DNA of 64,000 nt from Eledone cirrhosa. Lineage: Eukaryota. The notes under the pieces are model-generated. The model had not been told where the DNA came from. It ran no database searches and worked only from the letters and a program-made list of their open reading frames with translations. The first letter of the stretch is position 1; every line of letters starts with the position of its first letter. The position numbers and the translations under genes are program-made. Positions 13,025 through 25,505 of this stretch are shown one piece after another. The stretch lies in contig OZ024758.1 of NCBI GenBank assembly GCA_964016885.1, positions 31,744,001 through 31,808,000 on the forward strand. Reading direction: 5' to 3'.

Positions 13025-13137
13025 TAATCAAATATTATTTTCATGTATTTTTCATAGAAAAAAAAATGTTTTTAATACATTGTTTTTGAATAATGAAATA
13101 ATTTCTATTTGTTTTTTTTTGTTTTCGTTTTTTTCAG

Positions 13138-13250
13138 CCATGGCTGGAAACATTATTCCTGCAATTGCTACCACTAATGCTATCATTGCAGGATTGATTG
13201 TCATAGAAGCTCTCAAGATACTCTCAGGAAATATTGACAAATGTAAAATG
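13138..13250 (+). CDS. UBA2: UBA2 coding exon
   Basis: [38 protein letters not shown]; ag/gt. Confidence 0.97.
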
Positions 13251-14302
13251 GTAAAATTTTAATTCTCTGAACATCAAAACCTGCTCGTCTTCATAATCAA
13301 CCAAGAGCTTGGTTTATTTTAAATTGCTGTATGTTGTTATGTTTGTTGTGTCTGTATGTGTTTTTGAAATGAGTTTACTTGAATAACATGTTTTTATAAA
13401 TCTACATCACATTTAGATTTTTATATTTCTTACACACACTAGGCCTGAACTCACAAACTCGTATTTAATACTATAAAAAAAAAATCACTTTTGAATTCAA
13501 TACTGGAGGAAATGTATATATCTAGAAGTACGACAGACATCGGGTGATAGCTGAAACATATACTTACTGTAATGTAATCCTCAGTTTTCTGTCTGCTTGG
13601 GTTTGACAACACTTTTTAAAGCATCAGTCTATGACCAAACACCCTTAGTGTGAACCCTCACTTGTTTTCTAAGTAAGGTATGGATCATCATACGTCTAAT
13701 TGCTGAGCAGCAAGGTCTCTGTTAACTGGGAATCATCATCATCATCATCATCCTCGTTTAACGTCCACTTTCCACGCTAGCATGGGTTAGACAGGAGTTG
13801 TCCCACTTGAGGCAAGGTTGGTCGGGTGACCGTGTCTCGCTCATATAGGACTATCTGGCAGGTTTTCCACGGCTGGATGCCCTTCCTAACACCAACCACA
13901 TTTACAGTGTGGAATGTAGACAAATATCTCTGACGTCAAATGAGAAGGTACATGCGCACGCACACACACACACACACACACACAATCATCAGCATCTTCG
14001 TTTAATGTCCACTTTCTACACTAGCATGGGTTAAATGGGTCAGGTGACTGTGTCTTACTCATATAGCACATATGTGATAATAATAATGATTGTATTTCTC
14101 TGTAAACAATGAAAATATAAGGAAAAATTAACAAGGTGGTGCCCTAGCATGGCCACACTCTAATGGCTGAAACTAGTTAAAGAATAAAATGTAGCAAAAT
14201 GAGTAATAAAGCAGTTTACCACAACCTGATGGAGGAAGCCTGGGTATCGGAGAGCTTTATATCTAGTTCAGTTTTAACATAGTGATATATATATCATAAT
14301 TT

Positions 14303-14810
14303 TACACCTGCTTTTCCTTGCTGGCTAGGGTGGGAAGGGTCCTATTCGGCACAGCATCTCTCCATTCGTCACGGTCCCTCGTCATCTCCTCTGTGAGCTT
14401 CAGCGATCTGAGGTCAGCTCTCACCTCTGCCCATGTTTTTCGTGGTCTTCCTCTTCTGCGTCTTCCTTCCACCGGGTTTCTTGGCACTTCTTCACCCAGT
14501 GGTTGTCTTCCTTGTGCATCACATGTCCATACCAATGCAGTCTTCTCTCCCGCACTCTACAACTTATCCCTCTTATTCACAGTTTCACTCTCAACTCGTC
14601 TATGCTTGGTCGTGCACGTACATTGACATTGCACATCCAACGGAGCATACTTGCTTCATTTTTCTCCAGCCGTCACATATCCTCCACAGTTGCTACCCAT
14701 GTCTCACTACTATGCAGCATCGCGCATCACACACAGGCATCATATAACCGACCTTTCGTTCGTAAGGAGAAACCCTTCGTTGTCAACAGAAGAAGCAGCC
14801 CTAAACTTCT
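14303..14810 (-). mobile_element. 5'-truncated RTE LINE fragment
   Basis: Minus-strand peptides KGFSLRTKGRLYDACV and GRPRKTWAEV match the RTE copy at 20988-22520. Confidence 0.9.
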
Positions 14811-15652
14811 AAACGATGATGATGATGATGATATGTGCGTGTGTGTGTAAATGAGGTTGGCGCTAGTAAGGGCATCCAACTGTAAAAACCAAACCAAAAT
14901 TGGTTGTGTATGAACTGGCCTGGCATTGCTCACAACAGGATAACTCCTCTAACTCATGCCAGCATGGAAAAATGGACGTTAAACGGTGAGGATGATAGAT
15001 CATCATTTTTACATTCAATTTACCATAATGGCATGGATTGGATGGAATGTTTTACAGGTAGATGCCCTTTCTTGCTTCTTGTATCTGTATAAATATATAT
15101 ATATATATATAAGTATATATAAGTATATATACACAATGGGCTTGGCACAGTTTCTGTCTACCAAATCCACTCACAAAGTATTGGTCAGTCTGTGACTAGG
15201 AGAGAAGTCAGTTGCCCAAGGAGAAGTCAGTAGACCCGGGCAAGATGGTTGGATAACATCCATGAGCTTGGCTGGTCTCACTTGGGGATCCAGCCAGGTT
15301 AGTTGGAAACTGTTGCTTCTGACAGGACCCGCTGGAAGGATTGTTTGAGGATTCTGACCCCATGACCCTCTCGGGATAAGTGGGCGAAGAAGATAATGTT
15401 CTAATGAAGAACTTAGTTACTTTATTAAATTCCTCCAAATCTTTGGTTATTTTCAAAATTTAATTGGAACACATAGGTAGTGCATTTCATTAGAAATACC
15501 GTAATGGAACGTTTAAATTATTATTCAGGCTGATGCTATTATGAAACATGTTACTGGGAATTTTAGCAAAGAAACGACTATTCATGTGTGTGTTTGCTTA
15601 AATTTATATATTTTTGTATAATCTCTTTACACATCTATTTCATGTTCTAAAG

Positions 15653-15808
15653 ACTTATTTGAATCGGCAACCAGCATCCCGTAAACAATTGTTAGCACCA
15701 TGTGCTTTGGTAAAACCCAATCCTAAGTGCTATGTTTGTGCTGAGAAACCTGAAGTTACAGTCATGCTTAACACTACAACAACAACAATCAAAGCACTTG
15801 AAGAGAAG
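15653..15808 (+). CDS. UBA2: UBA2 coding exon with the second Zn-binding CxxC
   Basis: TYLNRQPASRKQLLAPCALVKPNPKCYVCAEKPEVTVMLNTTTTTIKALEEK; ag/gt. Confidence 0.95.
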
Positions 15809-16021
15809 GTAGGCAGTTTTATTTTATTTCTTTGTAATACAGTGTTACTTGATTATTCTCTCGTATGATATGTCTCTCTCTCCGAGTCCACTCCAGTCAT
15901 GACACAGGAGGGTCACCTACTTTCTCACAGTTCTGCAAGCAGAACCCTCATACTGTGACATTCCTAACCCACTACTGACTTGATTAGGGCTCCAAATAAT
16001 GCCAAGCATTAAATGTAGCAA

Positions 16022-16038
16022 CTATCTTATTAAATTTA

Positions 16039-16084
<46 letters not shown>
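16022..16084. repeat. (TA)n microsatellite and AT-rich flank
   Basis: Direct; TA run about 16043-16084. Confidence 0.9.
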
Positions 16085-16088
<4 letters not shown>

Positions 16089-17570
16089 ACACTGTTATTT
16101 ATATCATAATTTAATTTACATCTTTCATCCTCCTGGGACTCCTCAAGGAGGATGAAACGTGTGTAAATTAAATTATGACATAAATAATGGTGTTTGGTAA
16201 CATTTTAATGTAAAAATTTGCTCTATGTAAGAATAGGCTTGCACATTAGGATTTCATATGTATTTTTTTAAATTGTATGAAGCCGTGTGTACAGTTTATT
16301 ATGAGTTGTATTTTTGAGCTGATATAAATTTTTCACCTACATCTTTCCAGTAGGTGCATGTGAGTGTATTTGACTAATTTACAGGAAACTCATGAAACTG
16401 ACTAAAGATTACATTAATAGTTTCCTGTCAATAAGACTAAAGATTAATTTGAAATGTGTGCAACCCAACACAAATGACCATGATAATAGTTGATCACTAT
16501 AGTCTATTTTTTTTACTTCAGAGGTACTTTACGTTATATTTTAAAGCTATTATTTATAGTAGCTGAGTTCAAATCCCACCGAGGTTAACTTTGCTTTTCA
16601 TCCTTACAGGGTCGATAAAATAAAGTACCAGTAATACACTGGAATAATTGCCGGCCTTGTGCCAAAAGTAGAAACAATTATTTATAGTAGCTGACTATTA
16701 TGGTCGTTTGTGTTAGGACTCAAACATTTAAAATTTTCCCAATGCTTCCTAAGTCCAATTGGTTGGATAACATCAATGAGCTTGGCTGGTCACATTAAGG
16801 GATCCAGCCAAATCAGTTGGAGGTGGTTGCTTCTGATGGGACTCGCTGGAAGGAGTGTTTGAGGACTCTGCCCCATGACCTTCCTAGGAATAAGTGGGCG
16901 AAGAAGAAAAGAATCTTCCTAAGTCAACCGCTTTGTTTACACTGTAAAATACATTCTAATGAATGCTATCAGTTACACTTTCTCTTTTTATTGCTGACAC
17001 ATTGGTTTTAAATAGACTTGCAAGTATTTTGGTTTTTTCTGATTGCTTGACTTGGTTGAAACAGCAATCAAATGTCCTCAAACTACACTCTAACATCTTA
17101 TATAAGGAAATGTGGGATAATATAGTCTGGGTTGTGTTATTCCTGTAAAGAAGGGTTGATCATGATTTGAATACTTTTGGTCACAGATCTATTTGATCAG
17201 GTTTGTCTTGACTTCTTTTTTGCCCACTTATTACTGTGGGGTGGGAGTCATGAGGACAGAGTCCTCAAACGCTCCTTCCAGTGGGTCCTGTCAGAAGCAA
17301 CCGTCTTCAATTGATTTGACTGGATCCCCAAGCGTGACCAGCTGAGCTCATGGATGTTATCAAACCATCTTGCTCGGGGTCTGCCAAACAACAATAATTA
17401 TCACTATCGAGAAAGTATCCAACACAGCAAGGTTTCTACTTCTATTGAAATATTCAAAGAACAACATTTCTGAGCTTAAAGAGGGGTGAGGTGTACTTAT
17501 GTCATTTTTCAAATTCATCTAAATGTTTACTTATTCCAAAACTAATGATATGGTTATATTTTTTCAATAG

Positions 17571-17628
17571 ATTGTGAAAGGCCATTTAGGAATGGTTGAG
17601 CCTGATGTAGAAATTGATGATGGCAAAG
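17571..17628 (+). CDS. UBA2: UBA2 coding exon (UFD domain)
   Basis: IVKGHLGMVEPDVEIDDGK; ag/gt. Confidence 0.92.
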
Positions 17629-17794
17629 GTAATATTTTTAAGGTGTTTTCTCCTTCCCCTTTCATTTCAAATTTACAATTAGATAGCTATTTCACCGATG
17701 TAATCTGTTCTGGAAACATTAATAAATCTAATCTTTCTGTAATGGATTAGTAATTATTAACTGAAACCATATAAGTTGGTTATTAGGAAGGGCT

Positions 17795-18047
17795 TCATCA
17801 TCATCATTATTTTACGTCCGCTTTTCCCTGCTTGCAAGGGTGGGACGGGAATTGATTCTGGCTTGATTTCTACAGCTGGATGCCCTTCCCAACACCAACC
17901 TCATTTACAGTGAGTGCTGGGTGCTTTTTTTTTTGTCGTGGCACCTCCATGACCACTTTGCAGTGGAATGATAGGGACCCCAGTCCCTATCATCTCATTT
18001 CTACAGCTGAGTAAACTGGAGTAATGTGAAATAAAGTGTCTTGCTCA
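17795..18047 (-). mobile_element. 5'-truncated family A SINE with the alternative RTE tail
   Basis: Reverse complement matches 30675-30910. Confidence 0.85.
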
Positions 18048-18568
18048 CTTATTCTGGTATCATCTGAAGTTGAATTAGAATGGTTTAGAAGAAACTAATA
18101 TGAATAATGTTAACTAAATTTATGTTAGTTAATAAAGAGTTTGTACCTAGCTTGGTCTAGGGCTATTGTAGAAGACACTTTCCTAATATGTCATACGCTG
18201 TAATAGATCCAAAAATCATGTTGCAAAGAAAACATCTTAACCACACAACCATGTCTACACCAATTGTAGTTTCTACAGTTATATATAAAAGGTGGGGCCC
18301 AGCATGGCTTCAGCCTGCCGGCTGGAACACGTTATTTAATGATATGGAAATCTATACTTTAATTTCTTTGTATGGTTTTGCATTATTTTGAAAATGATCC
18401 TTGATTTAACATGCTACTATAATTTCAGAATACTATCTGCAAGGTCTTATTAATGTAGTGGTTATATCTTAGTTTGTAGTAGTTCCTTACTTTTATTGTA
18501 GGGATTTAGTCTTGAAACTGGTATAATTGTTGCTATGGGACTGTAATTTCTATCTTTTATTGTTTTAG

Positions 18569-18607
18569 GGACTATCATCATAACCAGTGAAGAAGGAGAA
18601 ACTGAAG
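18569..18607 (+). CDS. UBA2: UBA2 39-nt coding exon
   Basis: GTIIITSEEGETE; ag/gt, phase 1-1. Confidence 0.92.
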
Positions 18608-19586
18608 GTAATATCTGTCTCTCACTGTTTTTCCTTATCTCATCTCTCTCTCTCCCTCTTTTGTTTGAACTATTTGGGTTTGTATTTTACTCCTCAAAAC
18701 TGCCCAAGTGTACTCAGCTGAAAATGAGTACCAGTAACTTTAGTAACATTGTTGCAGTATAATTTATATAAAGTATCATGAGATATGTGGTTATGATTGT
18801 TTTGAGAAAACCAGCACAATGCAAGAGTCAAACTAGAGTAAAGTAAGAAAAACAAAATGTAAACAATTGAAAATAAGGGAAGTGTGGTGTTGATGGTGAC
18901 CAGTGCTCTTCATCATCGTTGTCACCATTTAATATTCATTTTCCTCGCTAGCATGGGTTAGCAGGGTTGTCCTATTATGTGACAAATGCTATCACATACA
19001 ACTGTTTTTGGTTTTATTTCTAATGCCAAGCACATAATGGGTGCTTTTTGATGTGACACCACGATTACTTCACAGTGTGGGTGGGGTGCTTTTTATTGTG
19101 GCACCAAAACAATCTCTTTATAGTGCAGACTAGGTGTTTTTTGTTGTGACACCACAATAATCACTTTACAGTGTGTACTGGGTGCCTTTTGTTGTCACAA
19201 CACAATGAGTAGTTCAGTGTGGACTGCCCCAATAGCCAAATCAGCTTCATGCAGCTCTCACCTGCTCTCTATGATTCGTGGATACACAATAGTGTGTGTC
19301 AGTATGTTTTATTATTTATCAAGTTTTTGCTTTTTGAGGATTTGTTTGTATTTATATATTTTTTATTGACATATATTTACCATATATACTTGAATATAAG
19401 TTAAGGAACATGTGACCAAAAAATTGATGGTGAAATGGCAGTGGGATAGGGATGTCAGCTTATATATGGGGTTTGTATTTTTGCCCATTTCTCAGACATA
19501 AAATAGGGGGATTGCTTATATTTGAGTATATGTGGTATATTTTGTTTTGATGATACTTTTATAAATTTATATTTTAATTTTATTAG

Positions 19587-19692
19587 AAAATAACGAGAAG
19601 ATGCTGAGTGATTTCAATATAGGAAATGGAACTCGCTTAAAGTGTGATGATTTTCTTCAAAACTACAATCTTGTCATAACCATTCAACATGT
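19587..19692 (+). CDS. UBA2: UBA2 coding exon
   Basis: NNEKMLSDFNIGNGTRLKCDDFLQNYNLVITIQH; ag/gt. Confidence 0.95.
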
Positions 19693-19999
19693 GTGAGTAT
19701 TACAACTTCTAGTCTCTAAATCTCTAAATCCTTTTCAGGAAAATATACTGAAGTGCCTTTCAAATATTTTTGATATTATATGAAATTCAAAATAAGTAGA
19801 TTCTGTATAAAAACCATAGTTCTATACTTTATCAATTGTACTACTAAGGCATAATACCATATACTTTGAACAGATCTATACTAATTGCTTTCTTTGCATA
19901 GTATTGATCATAATCAAATTCTTTATAAATAATAATGAAAATTATTGTGACAGTGTATGAGTCATGATATACACACAGATACATGTGTGCATGTGTATG

Positions 20000-20330
20000 G
20001 AGGGGGGATATCAGGTGTAGTGTTGGAGAATTTCAGGAAGCATGGAGGTTTTAAAAATGCAGTGTCCCGACAGCTAACAACTGATGTAGGTAGTTTTGTT
20101 CCATGCTTCAGGAAAATGTTTTTGAAAGTCATAGGGGCTGTAGTGTTTTCTGATTTTGTAAGCATGTTCATGGGTGTTAGACACATGGAATTCAAAAAGA
20201 TGCTCAGAGTTGTTCTTGGAAAGATGGTTAATAATTTTGTGAGTGTCTACCAAGTCAGTTGCCAGATGTCGGAGCTTTAATGTATCTATGCCCAGGGAAG
20301 CAAGGCATTCAGAGTATGGTAGATGCCAAA
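20000..20330 (-). mobile_element. CR1/L2-like LINE 3' fragment
   Basis: HLPYSECLASLGIDTLKLRHLATDLVDTHKII...HAYKI...WNK resembles the ORF2 C-terminus of the CR1 group. Confidence 0.7.
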
Positions 20331-20987
20331 AATGTTGCTTAGCATTTATAATAGAACTATCATAATACTTATTTGTTGATTTGGTGCATAAATCATTGTT
20401 GCACACACATAAAATACTTGCTGACTCTTCCAGACTAAGCTATTAAAAGACTTCAATCTGTATTTCACTTACAGATTCCATTTATCAATAAATCATCATC
20501 GTTTAATGTCCATTTGATGCAGGAATGGTCGGGAGACTGTGTCTCGCTCATACGGAAGTGACTCTGGCAGGTTTTTTACAGTTGGATGCCCTTCCTAACA
20601 CCAACCACATTTACAAAATTGACATATAGTGACATTATACATAAATCATTTTTTTAATGCATTTATCATCATCATCATCACCATTTAATACCTATTTTCC
20701 ACACTAGCATGGGTTAGACGAGTTGCCCCCGTTGTGAGACAAATCGGATCAGGTAACCATGTCTTGCTCATACAGAACTGTTTCTGGCTTGATTTCTATG
20801 GCTAGATGCCCTTCCTAGCACCAACCACATATAAATAATTACTCCATTAACTTTTAAAAACAGCTCTTTATAATGAGGCTCAAGGCCTTATAAAGTATTG
20901 AATATAAGTTTTTTATTCTGTGAAACAAGTCGGATCATACAGGACAGTTTCTAACTTGGTTTCTATGGCTTAACCCTTTAGCATTCG

Positions 20988-22520
20988 CAAAGACTGGTGC
21001 AGCAATATTCTCATAAATTGCTACAAAGGTAGAGGGGATGCTCTGGAGAGGAGCAATTATAGGGGTATAAAACTGATAGATCAGGTTATGAAAGTGGCAG
21101 AAAGGATATTAGCACAACTAAATAGAGAAAGGGTCAAACTAGATGAGATGCAGTTTGGTTTTGTGCCTGGGAACAGTACAACAGATGCCCTCTTCTTGGT
21201 GAGACAATTGCAAGAGAGGTTCTTAGAGAAAAATAAGCCACTATACTTAGCCTTTGTTGACCTAGAGAAGGCCTTTGATAGGGTACCCCGATCTGTCATC
21301 TGGTGGTCCCTAAGGAAGCTAGGTGTTGAGGAATGGCTTGTGAGGACAGTGCAAACTTTGTACAGAGGTACTCTCAGTAAAGTCAGGGTAGGAATGGAGT
21401 TTAGTGAGGAATTCTAGATACAAGTAGGAGTACATCAAAGTTCGGTCCTCAGCCCGCTCTTGTTCATTATAGTCCTCCAAGCCATAACAGAGGAGTTTAA
21501 GACTGGCTGTCCATGGGAACTTCTCTATGCTGACGATCTGGTTCTTATAGCAGAATCAGTAGAGGAGCTAGAGAATAAATTCTGGCTATGGAAACAGCAG
21601 TTGGAAGCAAGAGGACAGAGTGAATCTAGCTAAGACAAAAGTGTTGATGAGTAGAAAAGAGGACAAAACCCTGGTTCCGTCTGGGAAATGGCCATGTTCG
21701 ATATGCAGAAAAGGAACTGGCATAAATTCTATAAAATGCACACAATGCAGATCCTGGGTACACAAGAGATGTAGCGGGATAGCAGGCAAACTAATAGGTA
21801 GGGAGAAATATGTATGCAGTAGATGTACAGGGAAATTAGACAGTAGAAGTCGCATTGATAGACACATTTTTCAAATGCAGGAGGGCGCTATAGAAGTGGT
21901 GGATAGCTTCCGGTACCTAGGAGATCAGATTAGCATGGGAGGAGGATGTTCTGAGGCCATAGTATCTAGAATAAGGACGAGTTGGAAGAAGTTTAGAGAG
22001 CTGCTTCCTCTGTTGACGAAGAAGGGTTTCTCCCTGCGTACGAAAGGCCGGTTGTATGATGCCTGTGTGAGGAGTGCGATGCTGCATGGTAGTGAGACAT
22101 TGGCAGCAACTGCAGAGGATATGCGATGGCTGGAGAGAAATGAGGCAAGCATGCTCCGTTGGATGTGCAGTGTAAATGTGCGTGAACGACCCAGCATAAA
22201 TGTGTTGAGAGAGAAACTGTCTGAGAGGGATAGAATGTAGTGTACGGGAGAGAAGACTGAGGTGGTATGGACATGTGATGCGCATGGAGGATGACCGATG
22301 AGTGAAGAAGTGCCAGGAAATGCCAGTTGAAGGAAGACGTGGTAGAGGTAGACCACGAAAAACATGGGCGGAGGTGGTGAGAACAGACCTCAGATCATTG
22401 AAGCTCACGGTGGAGATGACGAAGGACCGTGACGAGAGTAGAGATACTGTGCTGAATAAGACCCGTCCCACCCTTGCAAGCAGGGAAAAGCGGATGTAAA
22501 ATGATGATGATGATGATGCT
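20988..22520 (+). pseudogene. 5'-truncated, disrupted RTE LINE (RT to 3' end, (GAT)n tail)
   Basis: QFGFVPG, AFVDLEKAFDRV, YADD; in-frame stop at 21415-21417 and frameshifts. Confidence 0.95.
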
Positions 22521-22634
22521 TATCTGTTCGCATTATTTTAAATAAAGTACCAGTAACGTACTGGGATAATTGCTGGCCTTGTGCCAAAAGTAGAAACAAT
22601 TATTTTGAGTTAATCATTTGTTGATGCAGGAATG

Positions 22635-22822
22635 GGCGGTGGATAAGCAGTATCGGTAGAGGGTCTGACGCCATGCTTTGCAGCAAAGAGTTACGGCCCT
22701 TTATGGTCTGAGTTCAAATCCCGTCGAGGTTAACTTTGCCTTTCATCCTTACGGAGTCGATAAAATAAAGTACCAGTAATACACTGGGATAATTGCTGGC
22801 CTTGTGCCAAAAGTAGAAACAA
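22635..22822 (+). mobile_element. tRNA-derived SINE (family B), with a duplicated tail at about 22540-22615
   Basis: GGCGGTGGA...GAGTTCAAATCCC...CCTTTCATCC...AAAAGTAGAAACAA. Confidence 0.88.
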
Positions 22823-23002
22823 TTATTTTGAGTTAATCATACTCAAGAGAGTTATCAATTTTATTTGTTTGTAATTTTCTTAATTTTCTATGTGCAGGCT
22901 TGAAATTTTGTCAGTAGATGTTTAAATATCAATAATTTACAATTATATTATTTTACTTGATTTTTTTTTTTGGTCAAATTTGACTTTTATGGGCAGGTGA
23001 AA

Positions 23003-23605
23003 TTAATTAATAGGGGCATTTGAAGTATCAACCAGGTGCAAATACTGGTTTAATTTTAAATACGTTGTTTTCGGCATAATACTTGATATATAAGGATCAC
23101 TAAACCTTTTATCAGTGCTCCAGTAATTCCACAGTCTTGGAAATTGTTTTATACCAAACATAATATTTACGGTAAAAAATGCTTGCATTTCCGCAGCATC
23201 TGTCGGTTGCCAAACAGATCGGGTTTTCCTTGATTTGAAATCTGTTGTTGGGCATATCGATTAATTACTTCTGCCACAACTTCGAAGAAAGTTTGTGGTA
23301 AAAACAAAAAGAAATAATCCAGTGCTTTAGCATTGGGAGCTAATGTGTGTTGTGGACCAGTATTTTGAATAAAATCAGGAACATATATTAGTGGTATTTT
23401 TCAACCACGTTGCTGTAATATTTTCAATGGCGTCCCGGAAACCTCCGTTTTCACTTTCAAAACAATCATCGTCGGATGAAATTTCAGAAATATAAACATC
23501 AGATTCATTTGAAGATAAATCACTAATATTATCGTTTGTTTTTTGTTTATTCTGAATGTTGTGTGTAAAACCTTCAAAGTCGGTATCGCTACTTTCATAA
23601 ACCAT
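23003..23605 (-). pseudogene. piggyBac transposase N-terminal remnant
   Basis: Acidic N-terminus MVYESSDTDFEGF...SDDD and YWSTDKRF...IMPK..YLKLNQYLHLVD, typical of piggyBac/PGBD transposases; frameshifted. Confidence 0.78.
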
Positions 23606-24000
23606 GTTGAAACATAAAAAATGTTCTACTTTCAACGTTAAAAAAACACTTGTTGTTTTCAGTTGTTTCACTATATTAAGTGTTAATTTTCGCGGTAAGG
23701 GCCTAATCTCGCAGTAATCTCGAATTGACGAGATTTTGATGATGGTTTGTTTATTTTTAGAACAATATTTTAGTGTGGGTGTTATCAGCCGGTTTCGGGC
23801 GGTTTGAACAAATGAAGGGGAAATAATTTCGGGCGGTTTGAACACTAAAGGGTTAATGTTCTTCCTAACACTAACCATATTTGTATACTAAATAATTTAT
23901 TCCTAACTTTAAAACATCTGACATAGACTATGGCTTCATTATAAAGCATTTAATGTTTTTTTTTATTAATTTCTTTTTATTTTGTTACTCATTTTTTCAG

Positions 24001-24122
24001 TGAAAAATTAGAAGATAATGTTGAATTTTTAGTCTCTGGTGATGCAGAGGCTTTGAAAAGTAAACAAGAGAACACAGCAAGTACTTCTAGCTCATCACCA
24101 GTACCATCCACATCAAAATCAG
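24001..24122 (+). CDS. UBA2: UBA2 coding exon
   Basis: EKLEDNVEFLVSGDAEALKSKQENTASTSSSSPVPSTSKS; ag/gt, phases consistent. Confidence 0.88.
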
Positions 24123-25505
24123 GTGGGATTTCTTTACATATAACTATGTTTGTATCTGTGTCATCACAGTAGTGTGAAAAGACTGGGTTTATTAGTAAGT
24201 CAGTGGATCAGTTCAGAATAAGGAATCGATTGACAGGATCCCAGATGTTATTCGCTTTCCGAGTGAATGGAGCTTGTCAAATCGGACCAAGGAAACAATG
24301 TTTCCATTGGTCTTTCCATCATCTACCAGTTGCAACTCCAATTAAGTGTCTTGCTAAAGGACAAAACGCATCACCCAGTCTGGGAATTGAACTCGCAACC
24401 TCATGATTGCAAATCCAATTCTCTAACCACTAAACCATCTGCAACTTATCCTACAATTATATCATTTAGATACTAACCTATATTAACTAATAAGTTTAAC
24501 ATATTTGTGGTTTTTACAGGTCTGCTTTGAAATTAATAAAGTTCACTACTTTAATCTAATTAGTGATAGGGCCGCTGCTTTGATAGAATCTAGAAAATTG
24601 TTTGTGATAATTCAACAAATAGTCGGAATGTTCTATACATTGAAGGGAGTCCGTACTTGTCAAACAAACCTCATAATGAGGTACTAAATTACTAATTTTT
24701 CTTATTCCATGAGAGAAATAGATCTTGTGTAAGAAAACAACTTGGAGGAAGAAGGCTAATGCTTCTTCACCCACTTCTTCCTGAAAGGGTCATGGGGGCA
24801 GAGTCCTCAAACACTCTTTCCAGTGGGTCCTGTCAGAAGCAACCATCTCTAGTTAATCTAGCAGGTTCCCCAAGCATGACCAGCCAACCATCTTGCTTGG
24901 GGTCTACCCCTGGGTCTCCTGCCGGTTGGTTTTTTTCCCGTAAAGTATGTATTCTTTCTTGAGACATTCTAACCACATGTCCATAGTATCAGAGCTGTGA
25001 TCTCTCAATTCGGAGAAGTAGCAGCTCTACCAGGAGTGACTCTCTGATCTCTGAGCTATGCACTTTATTGAGTAACGTTATTCCAAAGACCCTTTGGAAG
25101 AATCCTATTTCAGCCACTTGCATTTGTGATAGTATTCTTTCGGTATTCTGAAAGCTAATGCTGTTTGAGTAAAATCGATGATCATAATCATCGATTTTAC
25201 ATCTTTTTCGTGCTGGCATTGTTTGAATGAGACTTAAAACAATTATTCACAGCCGGATGGCCTTCCTGACATCAGCTCTTTTAGTTACTTAGGGCAGGGT
25301 TGCTTGATTTGTGGATGGTGGATTATGATGGACCCCCATTTGTCTCAGTTGTGAAATTAAGATATTTTGTTTGTGAAGGGGCTATAATATGTAAGTGGAC
25401 AGTGTTTAATAGTGGGTGAACTGAGGATAATATTATGACATGTTCAGTTACTATATATATATATATATATGAATCTGAATCTATATATATATATATATAT
25501 GAAAT

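Larger units (their letters stand above)
20974..23852 (-). mobile_element. Degenerate piggyBac transposon containing nested RTE and SINE insertions
   Basis: TTAA at 20970-20973 and 23853-23856; TIRs CCCTTTAGCATTC / GAACACTAAAGGG; transposase remnants inside. Confidence 0.82.
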
